A stretch of DNA of 64,000 nucleotides from a bacterium (GCA_030649135.1 JAUSGI010000008.1:96001-160000); one strand, 5' to 3'. Positions 1 to 11,019 are shown, counted from the stretch's first letter. Notes: generated from the sequence alone by a model not told the origin. Numbers and translations: made by a program.

Positions 1-398
1 AATCCAGCCGGAAGTTCCAAGACGTATTGGACTACTTGATTGGGATAGAAAATTTGTGGAAAAGTATCCGGCGATACTTCCTTGTTTATATCAACAACAC
101 GAAAATTATTATCAATCCAGACGATATCAATGGCAAAACGCATATCTTTCATCCAAAAGCCGTCTTGAACCGGATTACCAAATATAAAAAGCATACCCGT
201 TCCTGCCGGAAGCGTTTTCCTACCCGACAAACCCTTGGCGCGCGTTTGCGGGGTATCAACTACCTCAACTTGTATGCTGGTATCGTTTATTTTTATAATT
301 TTTGTCTGGCTTTCGGGAACTACTGGGCGGCTGAAGAACAGAAAAACTGACCCGAGTATAATGAGGAGTCCCAAGACAAGAAAGAAGAAATTCTTCAT
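1..398 (-). CDS. DUF192 (COG1430) family protein. The start codon is at 398 and the C-terminus is cut by the window edge.
   Basis: Hand translation of the minus strand gives MKNFFFLVLGLLIILGSVFLF...RAKGLSGRKTLPAGTGMLFIFGNPVQDGFWMKDMRFAIDIVWIDNNFRVVDI. This is the typical DUF192 signature (GLM-R, GMLF, FWMKN, LDI-F). It is not in the ORF track because it runs off the window. Confidence 0.75.
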   Translation of the reverse strand, partial: MKNFFFLVLGLLIILGSVFLFFSRPVVPESQTKIIKINDTSIQVEVVDTPQTRAKGLSGRKTLPAGTGMLFIFGNPVQDGFWMKDMRFAIDIVWIDNNFRVVDINKEVSPDTFPQIFYPNQVVQYVLELPAG

Positions 399-412
399 CT
401 TTTTATTATAAC

Positions 413-440
413 AAACCCCGCCAGAGGCGGGGTTTGTTCA
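413..440 (-). terminator. GC hairpin (aaaCCCCGCCagaGGCGGGGttt) downstream of the RRM gene
   Basis: Perfect 7-10 bp inverted repeat 20 nt after the minus-strand stop at 461, with A/T-rich flanks. Confidence 0.55.
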
Positions 441-460
441 CTAACTGCTTTCGCAGTTAA

Positions 461-742
461 TTACATAGGTCGACGATCGCGAGGAGCGCGAGGCTCTAGC
501 GGGCGAGCAACATTGACAGTCAACTTTCTACCTTCGTAGTCTTGACCATTGTACATGTTAATCGCTGCTTGAGCTTCATCATCATTTGACATCTCGACGA
601 ATCCGAAACCTTTGCTTCTGCCGGTCATGCGATCAATAATAATTGATGCAGAGGAGACAGCTCCAGCCTTTGCGAACAAGTCGCTAAGGGCTGCTTCTGT
701 CGTGGAATAAGGAATCCCACCGACGTATAGCTTTGTTGCCAT
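461..742 (-). CDS. RRM-type RNA-binding protein (RNP-1/RNP-2)
   Basis: KLYVGGIPY (RNP-2) and KGFGFVEM (RNP-1). The start is taken at MATKLYV, not at the upstream Met of the 103-aa ORF. Confidence 0.85.
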   Translation of the reverse strand: MATKLYVGGIPYSTTEAALSDLFAKAGAVSSASIIIDRMTGRSKGFGFVEMSNDDEAQAAINMYNGQDYEGRKLTVNVARPLEPRAPRDRRPM

Positions 743-854
743 TTTATTTGTGCCGACATTTAAGTTAAGCATGTAAGTGTCGGACCGATCTCATCTCGCG
801 CTCTCTCTCGGATAAACCTCAAGTAACCTCTCAACGAGAACCTTACATTGCTTG

Positions 855-883
855 ATTATAGCATATAGTCCTAATTTGTGCAA
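855..883 (-). promoter_or_regulatory. sigma70-like promoter (TTGCAC-N17-TATAAT) for the RRM gene, with an ~80-nt leader
   Basis: Reverse complement reads TTGCAC aaattaggactatatgc TATAAT. The position is consistent with the downstream gene. Confidence 0.45.
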
Positions 884-890
884 ACTTGCT

Positions 891-1097
891 TTAACCATCC
901 TTTCTTTTAAACCAACCCTTTAATTTATCCCATAGTAAGACTCTAAGTCCCAATAACTCTAAACCTACGAGCAAAAGAAAGCCTACCGGTGTAAAAGGGG
1001 TGATTACGGACAGCAAGCCGATAATGACCAACACCACACCGGTAACTTTTCTGACCTTGGGATTATCAGTCCAAATTTTTTTAAAATATTCTTTCAC
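891..1097 (-). CDS. small hydrophobic membrane protein (hypothetical)
   Basis: 68-aa ORF with one long TM segment (VTGVVLVIIGLLSVITPFTPVGFLLLVGLELLGL). Confidence 0.45.
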   Translation of the reverse strand: MKEYFKKIWTDNPKVRKVTGVVLVIIGLLSVITPFTPVGFLLLVGLELLGLRVLLWDKLKGWFKRKDG

Positions 1098-1358
1098 TTA
1101 AAGTGGACAAACCGTATCCCCCCTCTGACATTTATCGTAATACTCCTGTGTCACGCAATTTAGAGGGACCCCATAATTTACACAACCCGCCGGACATTTT
1201 CCATTGGCATCCGGGTCAACATTACATTGACTATTATCTACAGCGGGCGGCGTCAGATAAACTGCGTTTTGTTTGGTGTAAACAAAATAAGAACCTGCTC
1301 CGATAACCACAATGGCAGCTATGATAAGGGCTATATTTATAAATCCTTTTTGGTGCAT
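1098..1358 (-). CDS. small secreted or membrane-anchored Cys-rich protein with a pilin-like N-terminal leader (MHQKGFINI + TM)
   Basis: The N-terminus MHQKGFINIALIIAAIVVIGAGSYF is almost identical to that of the Hint-domain protein at 54617. Seven Cys lie in the C-terminal 45 aa. Confidence 0.6.
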   Translation of the reverse strand: MHQKGFINIALIIAAIVVIGAGSYFVYTKQNAVYLTPPAVDNSQCNVDPDANGKCPAGCVNYGVPLNCVTQEYYDKCQRGDTVCPL

Positions 1359-1390
1359 ATTGTTCTCTCAATTATACCACGATTCCCAAC

Positions 1391-1478
1391 TGGCGGAGGC
1401 GGAGAGAGTCGAACTCTCGAGGGCTTGCGCCCTACACGCTTTCCAAGCGTGCGCACTAGACCACTATGCGACGCCTCC
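1391..1478 (-). tRNA. tRNA-Ser(GGA), type II, CCA encoded
   Basis: Hand-folded: acceptor GGAGGCG/CGCCTCC, anticodon stem CACGC/GCGTG, loop TTGGAAA, long variable arm TAGGGCGCAAGCCCTC, T-loop TTCGACT, discriminator G + CCA. Confidence 0.88.
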
Positions 1479-1537
1479 GTGATTGAAGCATACTAACCCA
1501 ATTTCCGCCTTTTTAAAATCTCCACCCATATTTTTTC

Positions 1538-2368
1538 TTACCACCGACCACTCGCTCCCCCGCCACCGGACATTCCCCCGCCGAAACCACCGAAGCCACC
1601 GGAGTGGCCACCTCCCCTGCCTCCGCCAATCCACCATGGCGGTACTCCGCCCCGCGTGACCGCATTTTTGTAAGCTCGAGAAACCAGAAAGTCGAAAACC
1701 AATCCGACCAAAATGCTTAAGCCAATGAACAAAACGCCGGATAAAAATATAAATCCCAGAACGCCTCCTATGATACCACCCGCCCACCACGACTTTGACC
1801 TACCTAAAATTGAGGCAAAGTAAATTAAGATAAAGATAGCGTAAGGAAAAAAGTTTGACCAATTCTCACCGCCGGATTCTACCCCAGAAGGTAATTCCTC
1901 ACCTCCTATAAGTCCGATAATGATGTTAATAGCATCATTGATACCGCCATCATAATTGCCCGCCCGAAATGCCGGTACAATAATCTCTCTGATGATTCTT
2001 CCGCTGTCGATGTCCGTAACTACCGACTCCAATCCGTAACCGACTTCTATACGCACCTCTTTATCCTCGAGAGATACCAGAAGAAGCAGGCCGTTATCTT
2101 CCTTTTCCTTACCGATTTTCCATTCTTGAAACAGTTTTTCCGCGTAAGTCTCGATAGTCTCGTCTTCGAGCTTAGGGATAGTGACTACCGTAATTTCATT
2201 ACTGGTATCTTCTGCAAACTGCGTCAATCTCTGATTGAGACTCGAAATAGTTTCCGGTTTGAGAACTTTCGCAAAATCATTGACAAATCCCATCGGCTGG
2301 CCGGGAGAAATATAGCCCAGGACAATAGCCGGAAATATCAAAGAGAAAACGAGAGCAGACCACCTCAT
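1538..2368 (-). CDS. TPM-domain protein (TLP18.3/Psb32/MOLO-1 family; COG1512) with C-terminal TM and Gly-rich tail
   Basis: Signal/TM then GFVNDFAKVL...ITVVTIPKL...VRIEVGYGLE pattern, followed by TM helices and a GGxGGxGG tail. Confidence 0.8.
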   Translation of the reverse strand: MRWSALVFSLIFPAIVLGYISPGQPMGFVNDFAKVLKPETISSLNQRLTQFAEDTSNEITVVTIPKLEDETIETYAEKLFQEWKIGKEKEDNGLLLLVSLEDKEVRIEVGYGLESVVTDIDSGRIIREIIVPAFRAGNYDGGINDAINIIIGLIGGEELPSGVESGGENWSNFFPYAIFILIYFASILGRSKSWWAGGIIGGVLGFIFLSGVLFIGLSILVGLVFDFLVSRAYKNAVTRGGVPPWWIGGGRGGGHSGGFGGFGGGMSGGGGASGRW

Positions 2369-2371
2369 CGC

Positions 2372-2929
2372 TTATTCGAGATTTACTGTAGGAGATGTCT
2401 CGGCCCCACTAGCTGATTCGAAGTATGAACGTTCACCAAAACCAAGCAATCCCGCCAGAATATTCTTAGGAAATCTTTTTACGGAGATATTATAGTCACG
2501 AATCATGTCGTTGAAGCGGATGCGTTCCACCGAGATACGGTTCTCCGTACCTTCAAGCTGGGTCATCAGGTCTCGCACATTGGAGGAAGACTGTAATTGC
2601 GGATAGTTCTCCATCACTACGAGGAGTCTCGCGAAAGCATTTTCGACTTGGCTCGCAGCGAGGGCCTTATCATTGGCGGAAGTAGCGCCGGCGTAGCGAG
2701 TGCGGGCTTCGGCAATATCACCGAAAATCTTTTGCTCTTGAGTTAAGATGCCTTTAACCGAATTTACCAAGTTAGGGATAAGGTCAAATCGTCTCTGATA
2801 CTGTGTTTCCACTTTGGCCCACTGGGCGTCGGCCGCTTCGTTCAATGAAATCAGGCCGTTATAACCAGAAAATCCCCAAATGACGAGAAGAACGAGCACT
2901 CCTATAATTGCCAAAACGCTTTTGTTCAT
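2372..2929 (-). CDS. lemA: LemA family protein
   Basis: TM + WAKVETQYQRRFDLIPNLVNSVKG motif. The start is set at MNKSVLAII, because the upstream part of the ORF overlaps the groEL 3' end. Confidence 0.85.
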   Translation of the reverse strand: MNKSVLAIIGVLVLLVIWGFSGYNGLISLNEAADAQWAKVETQYQRRFDLIPNLVNSVKGILTQEQKIFGDIAEARTRYAGATSANDKALAASQVENAFARLLVVMENYPQLQSSSNVRDLMTQLEGTENRISVERIRFNDMIRDYNISVKRFPKNILAGLLGFGERSYFESASGAETSPTVNLE

Positions 2930-2963
2930 ATCTTTTTGGTTAGTTACCAAATTGTAAACTAAT

Positions 2964-4628
<1,665 letters not shown>

Positions 4629-5009
4629 TTATTTAATGACTGCTAAAATATTGTCTTCTTTCAAGAGATAAAGTTCCTCGCCGCCCTGTTCAACTTCGTC
4701 ATATCCGTATTTGGAAAAGATGACAACGTCGCCAACCTTAAGACGCACCGGTACCAATTTTCCCTCGATCCATTTCCCCTCCCCGACGGCTAAAACTTTA
4801 CCTTGAGCCGATTTCTCTTTGGTCACGGATTCAGGGAGAATAAAATTGAGTGGAGACTTTTTACCTTGAGCTTGCCCCGCCACGGCGGGGCGCAGTCGAA
4901 TCTCTTCTTCGGTAAAAGGACGAACCAGAACTCTGTCCCCAAAAGGCTTGATCTGGGCTTTTGCTTGCCCGGAGTTTTTGCGAGGGGTTTTTGTATTTTT
5001 CTTTTTCAT
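4629..5009 (-). CDS. groS: co-chaperonin GroES (Cpn10) with a ~20-aa basic N-terminal extension
   Basis: IKPFGDRVLVRP...GKVLAVGEGK...VKVGDVVIFSKYG, immediately upstream of groEL. Confidence 0.9.
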   Translation of the reverse strand: MKKKNTKTPRKNSGQAKAQIKPFGDRVLVRPFTEEEIRLRPAVAGQAQGKKSPLNFILPESVTKEKSAQGKVLAVGEGKWIEGKLVPVRLKVGDVVIFSKYGYDEVEQGGEELYLLKEDNILAVIK

Positions 5010-5020
5010 ATTGCCCGCAC

Positions 5021-5048
5021 ATTATATTCAAAAAAATCATAAAGTCAA
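5021..5048 (-). promoter_or_regulatory. consensus sigma70 promoter (TTGACT-N16-TATAAT) upstream of groES
   Basis: Reverse complement: TTGACT ttatgatttttttgaa TATAAT. Confidence 0.5.
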
Positions 5049-5127
5049 ATTAAATGGTTTGCGTGGCTGGTTTAAATTGTGCTAGTATAACCCGGTACAG
5101 GCCCCTCGACCTTACTCGGGGTAAACA

Positions 5128-5355
5128 ATGGCCCAGATTCTTCCCTACATTCAGATTCTTTTGAGCATCCTTCTTATAGGAGGAGTGCTCCTCCAGCGCT
5201 CGGAAGCCAGCCTCGGTTCCGCCTTTGGAGGGGACAGTGCGATAGGAGGTCGTTTCATGCGACGTGGATTTGAAAAAATTCTTTTCAACGCTACGGTAGT
5301 AGTGGCTATCCTTTTCGCCCTTTCCGCTTTTGCCAGTCTTTTCCTCGACCGGTAA
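5128..5355 (+). CDS. secG: preprotein translocase subunit SecG
   Basis: ILLSILLIGGVLLQRSEASLGSAFGG; two TM, 75 aa. Confidence 0.8.
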   Translation: MAQILPYIQILLSILLIGGVLLQRSEASLGSAFGGDSAIGGRFMRRGFEKILFNATVVVAILFALSAFASLFLDR

Positions 5356-5361
5356 GTAACA

Positions 5362-7119
5362 ATGAATTATAAAGAATTGCAAGTGCTTCTCTTGAAGCGC
5401 TTCAGTATGCCCAAGGAACGTTTAGTACGCGGAATTCTGCGTTCTTTCTCCATAGCGGAAAAGGCGGTGTTCTTTTTCTTAGTCTCGGTCTTTGTATTTT
5501 CCGGCACCACTCTCCTATGGAAAGTGAGCAGTACCTATCTCGTCGAAGTACCTACCGAAGGCGGCACCCTGACGGAAGGCGTAGTCGGTAATCCGCGCTT
5601 TATTAACCCGGTGCTGGCTATATCGGAAGCTGACAAGAATTTGGTAGCTCTGCTTTACTCCGGCTTGGTACGCGTCACCCCGGAAGGCCAGACGGAAAAT
5701 GATTTGGCGGAAAAAGTGGAAATTTCAAATAATCGCCTAGTTTATACGGTTCAAATTCACCAAGATGCCCATTTCCATGACGGTACGCCAGTGACGGCTG
5801 ACGATGTAATTTTTACTATCCAGAAAATTATTGACCCGAGTATTAAAAGTCCCAGAAGGGGCAATTGGGATGGGGTTGAGGTCGAGAAAATCGACGACAG
5901 AACCGTCTCGTTTACTCTAAGACAGGCATACACTCCCTTCATCTACAACTTGGCGGTAGGCATCTTGCCCAAACATATTTGGAAAAATGTTTCCCCCGAC
6001 GAGTTTTCCTTTAGTCAGTTTAATACTCTTCCCGTCGGTTCCGGACCGTATCAGGTTGAAAGTGTCGAGAGAAATTCCGGTGGCATACCCAATTTATACA
6101 AATTAATCCCCTTTGAGAACACGCCCGGTAAAACACCCTTTATCAAAAATCTAGTGTTCAGATTTTATCCTAGCGAAGCCGAATTGATTATGGCCCATAA
6201 CACAAATGCGGTAGAAAGCCTTAGCGGTATCTCGCCAGAGAGAGTACAGGAGCTCGAAATAAACGATTCCCGCATTGTTTCCTCCGCTCTACCTCGCGTT
6301 TTTGCCGTCTTTTTCAACCAAAGTAAATCCAAGGCGCTTTTAAATAGAGAGGTGCGCCAAGCGCTTGACCTTGCCAGTCCCAAGGAAGAAATAGTCGAAA
6401 AAATTTTCGACGGCTACGCTACCGTTATCGACGGCCCAATGCCCGCCGGCATATACTCTTGGACCAATACCGACAAGAACAGACCTCCACTTGACCAGAG
6501 ATTAGAGACAGCGCAAGCATTACTTGCCAAAGCAGGTTGGAAAATGAACACGGAGACGGAAGTGCTTGAAAAGAAATCCGCTTCTGGTACAATGACCTTG
6601 TCGTTTGCAATCTCTACCGGTGATGCCCCCGAACTTCAACAGGTAGCGAATGAGCTCGTTGCTCAATGGGGAAAACTCGGCGCCAAGGTCAATGTTCTCG
6701 TCTTCGAGACTGGTGACCTTAACCAAAACGTCATACGCCCGAGAAACTTCGACGCCCTTCTCTTCGGTGAGGTAGTAAGCAGAGATGCCGACCTGTATCC
6801 ATTCTGGCATTCTTCTCAGAGAGCCGACCCCGGGCTCAATATCGCTCTCTATGCCAATAGTCGGGCCGACAAGGAACTCGACAATGCCCGAAGTGCAAGT
6901 AACCCGCAAGCGGCGGAAGAAAGTTACAAGGCCTTCACGAAAGAGTTGGAGGCCGATATGCCGGCAGTCTTCCTCTATACGCCAAGTTTCCTTTATGTCG
7001 TACCGGAAAAAATAGCGGCCTTGAGTCTAAACTCTCTGACGGTTGCTCAAGATAGATTCCTGGGTATTAGAGAATGGTATATCGAAACAGATAAAGTTTG
7101 GAAAATATTCGTTAACTAA
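5362..7119 (+). CDS. ABC transporter substrate-binding protein, family 5 (peptide/nickel type), N-terminal TM anchor
   Basis: Length and SBP_bac_5-like segments (GSGPY..., the EYAGTAPELQQV-like motif and others) after a TM anchor. Confidence 0.7.
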   Translation: MNYKELQVLLLKRFSMPKERLVRGILRSFSIAEKAVFFFLVSVFVFSGTTLLWKVSSTYLVEVPTEGGTLTEGVVGNPRFINPVLAISEADKNLVALLYSGLVRVTPEGQTENDLAEKVEISNNRLVYTVQIHQDAHFHDGTPVTADDVIFTIQKIIDPSIKSPRRGNWDGVEVEKIDDRTVSFTLRQAYTPFIYNLAVGILPKHIWKNVSPDEFSFSQFNTLPVGSGPYQVESVERNSGGIPNLYKLIPFENTPGKTPFIKNLVFRFYPSEAELIMAHNTNAVESLSGISPERVQELEINDSRIVSSALPRVFAVFFNQSKSKALLNREVRQALDLASPKEEIVEKIFDGYATVIDGPMPAGIYSWTNTDKNRPPLDQRLETAQALLAKAGWKMNTETEVLEKKSASGTMTLSFAISTGDAPELQQVANELVAQWGKLGAKVNVLVFETGDLNQNVIRPRNFDALLFGEVVSRDADLYPFWHSSQRADPGLNIALYANSRADKELDNARSASNPQAAEESYKAFTKELEADMPAVFLYTPSFLYVVPEKIAALSLNSLTVAQDRFLGIREWYIETDKVWKIFVN

Positions 7120-7132
7120 AATTTAAGGAAAC

Positions 7133-8905
7133 ATGCTTAATACATTTACGAGTGGTCTGCGCCACAAAAATATTCATAGGAGATCTAACGCACCCATGGT
7201 GGCGAAAAAGCCTCATGACATCATTCCGACATTGGGAGAGAGCATTAGAATCATCCCGCTCGGCGGGGTGGAAGAAATCGGCAGAAACATGACCGTCATA
7301 GAATACGGCGAAGATATCATAGTCATTGATGCTGGCATTAAGTTTACCGACTATGAGACGCCAGGGGTCGACTATATCCTGCCTAATATTAAATATCTCG
7401 AGGAACGCAAGGACCACATCCGCGCCTTGGTGATTACTCACGGGCACCTCGACCACATCGGCTCCATCCCCTACGTCATTGACCGCCTTGGTAATCCGCC
7501 AATCTATACCCGTGAGTTTGGGGCCCTATTGATTCAGAAGAGGCAGGTGGAATTTCCCCACCTGGCGCCGCTTGATATCAGGATTGTCGAAGCCAACGAC
7601 ACTTCCATCCCGTTAACCGCCAATCTCAAGGTGCGCTTTTTCGGTGTTACCCACTCTATTCCGGATTCCACCGGTGTCATCATCGAGACCCCTTACGGCG
7701 ACATCGTCAATACCGGAGACGTGCGTATAGAGAACGAAAATGGCGTACCGGACCAGAGGGAAATAGAGCATTACAAAATGTTCAAGGACCGCAATATTCT
7801 GCTCTTTTGTATGGACTCGACAAACATCGAACAACCGGGCTTCTCGCTATCGGAAACTTTTATTTTGAAAAACATAGACGGGATTGTGGCCGCCGCGCCC
7901 GGCCGGATTATCTTAGCCACCTTTGCTACCCAAGTGGAGAGGGTGATTGAGTTTATCAAGATGGCCCAGCACTATTCGAGAAAAGTGATTATTGAAGGCC
8001 GCAGTATGAAAACAAATGTCGAGATTATCAAACATCTTAATCTCGTCGAAACCAGCCATATCATTCCGATTGAAGATACTACGAAGTATCCTCCCAACAA
8101 GATTATGATTATCACCACCGGCGCCCAAGGCGAAGAATTCTCCGCTCTGATGCGCATGTCCAACAAGACCCACAAATTTGTCCGTCTGGAACGTTCCGAC
8201 ACCATTGTGCTCTCTTCTTCCGCTATTCCCGGTAATGAACGCGCTATTTCCAAGCTGAAAGATAATCTCTATCGTCATGATTCAAAAATTATCACTTATC
8301 TTGATTCGGACGTGCACACCTCGGGCCACGGTAGGCGCGGTGAATTGGAGTGGTTACACAAGCAAATGCCGTACAAATATTTTATGCCGGTGCATGGCAA
8401 CCACTACAGACTAAAGATGCACGCCGAACTAGCCGCGAGACTCGGCTGTCCGCGCGAAAACATTATCGTGCCGGACAACGGCAGTATTCTCGAAATTCAA
8501 GACAAAGGCGCTAAGTTTGTTAAATTACGGGAGAAAGCGCCCTCGGAAGATATGGTGGTTGAGGGTCTTTCTATCGGAGATATTTCTGACGTAGTAATCC
8601 GAGACAGAAAAATGTTGGCGGAAGACGGTATTTTCGTAGTTATAGCCCTGGTGAACACGCGCACGGGCTATCTCAAAAAATCACCGGACATTATCGCCAG
8701 AGGTTTCGTCTACCTGCGGGAATCGCAGGAATTGCTTTCCGAAGCGCGGGGCATCATTAAGCGCTCCATCGAAGGCACCACCGTGGGTATGAATCCGATT
8801 AATTTTGATTACGCCAAGAACGCAGTCACCGAGGATGTCTCCCGGTTTCTCTTCCAACGCACAGCCAAAAAACCGATAGTTATTCCGGTCATCTTAGGAG
8901 TATGA
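7133..8905 (+). CDS. rnj: ribonuclease J (beta-CASP metallo-beta-lactamase RNase)
   Basis: IIPLGGVEEIGRNMTVIEYGEDIIVIDAG and HGHLDHIG motif. The true start may be the internal MVAKK (about 7196). Confidence 0.9.
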   Translation: MLNTFTSGLRHKNIHRRSNAPMVAKKPHDIIPTLGESIRIIPLGGVEEIGRNMTVIEYGEDIIVIDAGIKFTDYETPGVDYILPNIKYLEERKDHIRALVITHGHLDHIGSIPYVIDRLGNPPIYTREFGALLIQKRQVEFPHLAPLDIRIVEANDTSIPLTANLKVRFFGVTHSIPDSTGVIIETPYGDIVNTGDVRIENENGVPDQREIEHYKMFKDRNILLFCMDSTNIEQPGFSLSETFILKNIDGIVAAAPGRIILATFATQVERVIEFIKMAQHYSRKVIIEGRSMKTNVEIIKHLNLVETSHIIPIEDTTKYPPNKIMIITTGAQGEEFSALMRMSNKTHKFVRLERSDTIVLSSSAIPGNERAISKLKDNLYRHDSKIITYLDSDVHTSGHGRRGELEWLHKQMPYKYFMPVHGNHYRLKMHAELAARLGCPRENIIVPDNGSILEIQDKGAKFVKLREKAPSEDMVVEGLSIGDISDVVIRDRKMLAEDGIFVVIALVNTRTGYLKKSPDIIARGFVYLRESQELLSEARGIIKRSIEGTTVGMNPINFDYAKNAVTEDVSRFLFQRTAKKPIVIPVILGV

Positions 8906-10053
8906 TGCGATTCATACCGGTTTTCGCGGCCAGCCTCTTTCTCTCCGTACACTTTGGCAGTACCCTTTACTTCCATTCTTCTTTCTTAAACGATTACTTC
9001 AAACCTAATGTCGTCAGTTTTCTCTTTCTCCTTGGAGCCCTCGGTAATATTTTTCTTTTTTTATTTGCTCCTAAGTTGATTCAACGATTCGGCAAGCGTC
9101 CTCTGCTCTTTTTTTCCCTCGTCCTAACCGCCGCCAGTACGTTTATTTTCGCTTTAACTATCACCCGACCAGTGATTATTTTTGCTTTTATCGTCTACAG
9201 TAGTTTCCTGCCCATGGTTTATTACTGCCTTGATGTTTTCCTGGAAGAACTATCGACAAATGCCAAGACGGGGGAAATCCGGGGTATTTATCTTACTGTA
9301 TTTAATGCCGGCATAGTCGTGGGACCGCTTATTCTGGCGATCTTGGCGCAAGAGGGCCCGCCTACTAAATTTCTGTATTTAGTGGCGGGTCTGTTGTTAA
9401 TACCGCCGGCGATACTAGCGCTTTTTTCTTTCAAATCTCAACAGCCTAAAGCGCACAGCCCCTACCACCATTCCCTGCGATTGCCATTCGGCGATTGGTG
9501 GCATTCCAAAAACATTCAACGCGTTACTTTAGCCAGACTAACACTCGAATTGTTCTTCGCCTTTATGGTTATCTATGTTCCAATTTATCTCCATACTGGG
9601 CTTGGTTTCGCGTGGTCAGAACTTGGTATTATTTTCACCGTTATGCTTCTGCCTTTTGTGCTGTTCGAGTGGCCAGCAGGCGAACTTGCCGACCGTCTCC
9701 TGGGGGAAAAAGAGATTATGAGTGCCGGTTTTTTCATTACTGGCATATCTCTGCTCATCATGCCTTTTATAGGGAAAGTATTTTGGGCATGGATGGCTAT
9801 CCTTTTTATCTCAAGAGTTGGAGCGAGTCTAATCGAGGCGATGACCGAAAGTTATTTCTTTAAACATATCAACGCGCGTGATACCGGTCTGATAAGCATT
9901 TTTCGCTTAACCCGTGCGTCCGGTTTCGTTTTGGGCGCCATAGTCGCCACTCTGACTTTAAATTTTTTCTCGTTCGATAAAATTTTTTTTGCTCTGGCGG
10001 TGATAGTCTTCTTCGGTCTCAAACAAAGTTTGTCTCTCAGAGATACGCGGTAG
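8902..10053 (+). CDS. MFS-type transporter (12 TM predicted)
   Basis: Polytopic hydrophobic 383-aa ORF with the GKRPLLF loop typical of MFS. Confidence 0.6.
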   Translation: MMRFIPVFAASLFLSVHFGSTLYFHSSFLNDYFKPNVVSFLFLLGALGNIFLFLFAPKLIQRFGKRPLLFFSLVLTAASTFIFALTITRPVIIFAFIVYSSFLPMVYYCLDVFLEELSTNAKTGEIRGIYLTVFNAGIVVGPLILAILAQEGPPTKFLYLVAGLLLIPPAILALFSFKSQQPKAHSPYHHSLRLPFGDWWHSKNIQRVTLARLTLELFFAFMVIYVPIYLHTGLGFAWSELGIIFTVMLLPFVLFEWPAGELADRLLGEKEIMSAGFFITGISLLIMPFIGKVFWAWMAILFISRVGASLIEAMTESYFFKHINARDTGLISIFRLTRASGFVLGAIVATLTLNFFSFDKIFFALAVIVFFGLKQSLSLRDTR

Positions 10054-10054
10054 A

Positions 10055-10096
10055 AAAATTTATAAAAAAATAGGACCCGCCAAGTAGGCCGGGTCC
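10055..10096 (-). terminator. rho-independent terminator of the 62-aa island gene
   Basis: On the minus strand, hairpin GGACCCGGCC-tactt-GGCGGGTCC is followed by TATTTTTTTATAAATTTTT. Confidence 0.7.
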
Positions 10097-10133
10097 TGTG
10101 GCAGTTTGGGGAGGTCTGCCAACCTTTACTTCT

Positions 10134-10322
10134 CTACTCGGCGGGTCGGAACTTACGACGAGGCCGACTTTGTTTCAGGTCTTCGTCACACCCTACCATC
10201 TCCCTTTCTATCACATCCTGGTCAGAGAGGTCTTCATCCTCCGACCCATGCATCAGTCCAAAACCCTTAAGGAGTCGAATTTCCTTACTCGAAGGATCTA
10301 CGCCTGTCTTTCTCTTTTTCAT
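10134..10322 (-). CDS. hypothetical small acidic protein (62 aa), island gene 4
   Basis: Perfect SD (tAAGGAGcccagATG), own terminator, no recognisable domain. Confidence 0.55.
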   Translation of the reverse strand: MKKRKTGVDPSSKEIRLLKGFGLMHGSEDEDLSDQDVIEREMVGCDEDLKQSRPRRKFRPAE

Positions 10323-10445
10323 CTGGGCTCCTTATGTCCTGCTTCCCTTTCGATTATGTTCAGGGTGAAGGCTTACAGACACTAACGCTCTGTCCTTTAG
10401 AGTGGCATGAACAAGCTAGTTTGTCAATTAGTTGTAATCGTTGTA

Positions 10446-10478
10446 TAGAAAAAGGACCCTCCATGCTGGCAGGGTCCC
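10446..10478 (-). terminator. rho-independent terminator of the 76-aa island gene
   Basis: On the minus strand, hairpin GGACCCT-gccagcatgg-AGGGTCC is followed by TTTTTC. It is homologous to the hairpin at 11444-11480. Confidence 0.7.
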
Positions 10479-10555
10479 GTTGTGAGTTGAGGCCGTGTCC
10501 TCAACTCGTTTGTACTTAGGCGTGACATCGGCACGCATTGGGATCTGAAACTCTG

Positions 10556-10786
10556 CTAGTCCCCGATCGCCCCACTTCGTGAGAACGGGCGAGAGACGCC
10601 CGGTAACACCCGGGACGGATCCATCCCGAGGCGCTGCCTCAGCCACGCGACCCACTCCGGATAGCTCGGAGTGAGAAGCACGACGACCTCGTCGTAGGTC
10701 GGCGTGTCCCCAAGCACGTCGCACACGGCTGGCAAAAGAAGCCGGCGTGTTTCCTTGTCGAGTCTCCGACCCGATGCGTCATTCAT
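10556..10786 (-). CDS. hypothetical protein (76 aa), island gene 3, high GC
   Basis: SD GAGGAGaaggcaATG. The protein sequence MNDASGRRLDKETRRLLLPAVCDVLGDTPTYDEV... has no recognisable domain. GC3 is high. Confidence 0.55.
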   Translation of the reverse strand: MNDASGRRLDKETRRLLLPAVCDVLGDTPTYDEVVVLLTPSYPEWVAWLRQRLGMDPSRVLPGVSRPFSRSGAIGD

Positions 10787-11019
10787 TGCCTTCTCCTCAT
10801 CGCGCTTTGCGCGACTTTAAACATTTAGCAGTGCGTCCTCTTGCGAGGCCTATACGCACTGCGGTTCAGCCCCCTCTGTGCGGGGAATCGATACTTGATT
10901 ATATTTTCTTTCTCAAAGAACTAACTGTTTCGCCCTTTCGGACTCATCAGCGCAGATACACATCTGCGAACAGCGGGAAGTTTTGCTGAGATACTTCCCG
11001 AAACTCTGGGTTTGCACGG

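Noticed and set aside
27-350. 107-aa plus-strand ORF at the window start
   Set aside because: Low-complexity product. The opposite strand encodes a convincing DUF192 protein (1-398) that the ORF track misses because it runs off the edge.
10400-10510. Integron attC-like sites at the island hairpins
   Set aside because: Hairpins present but no GTTRRRY / RYYYAAC core pair and no integrase in the window. Kept only as a remote hypothesis.
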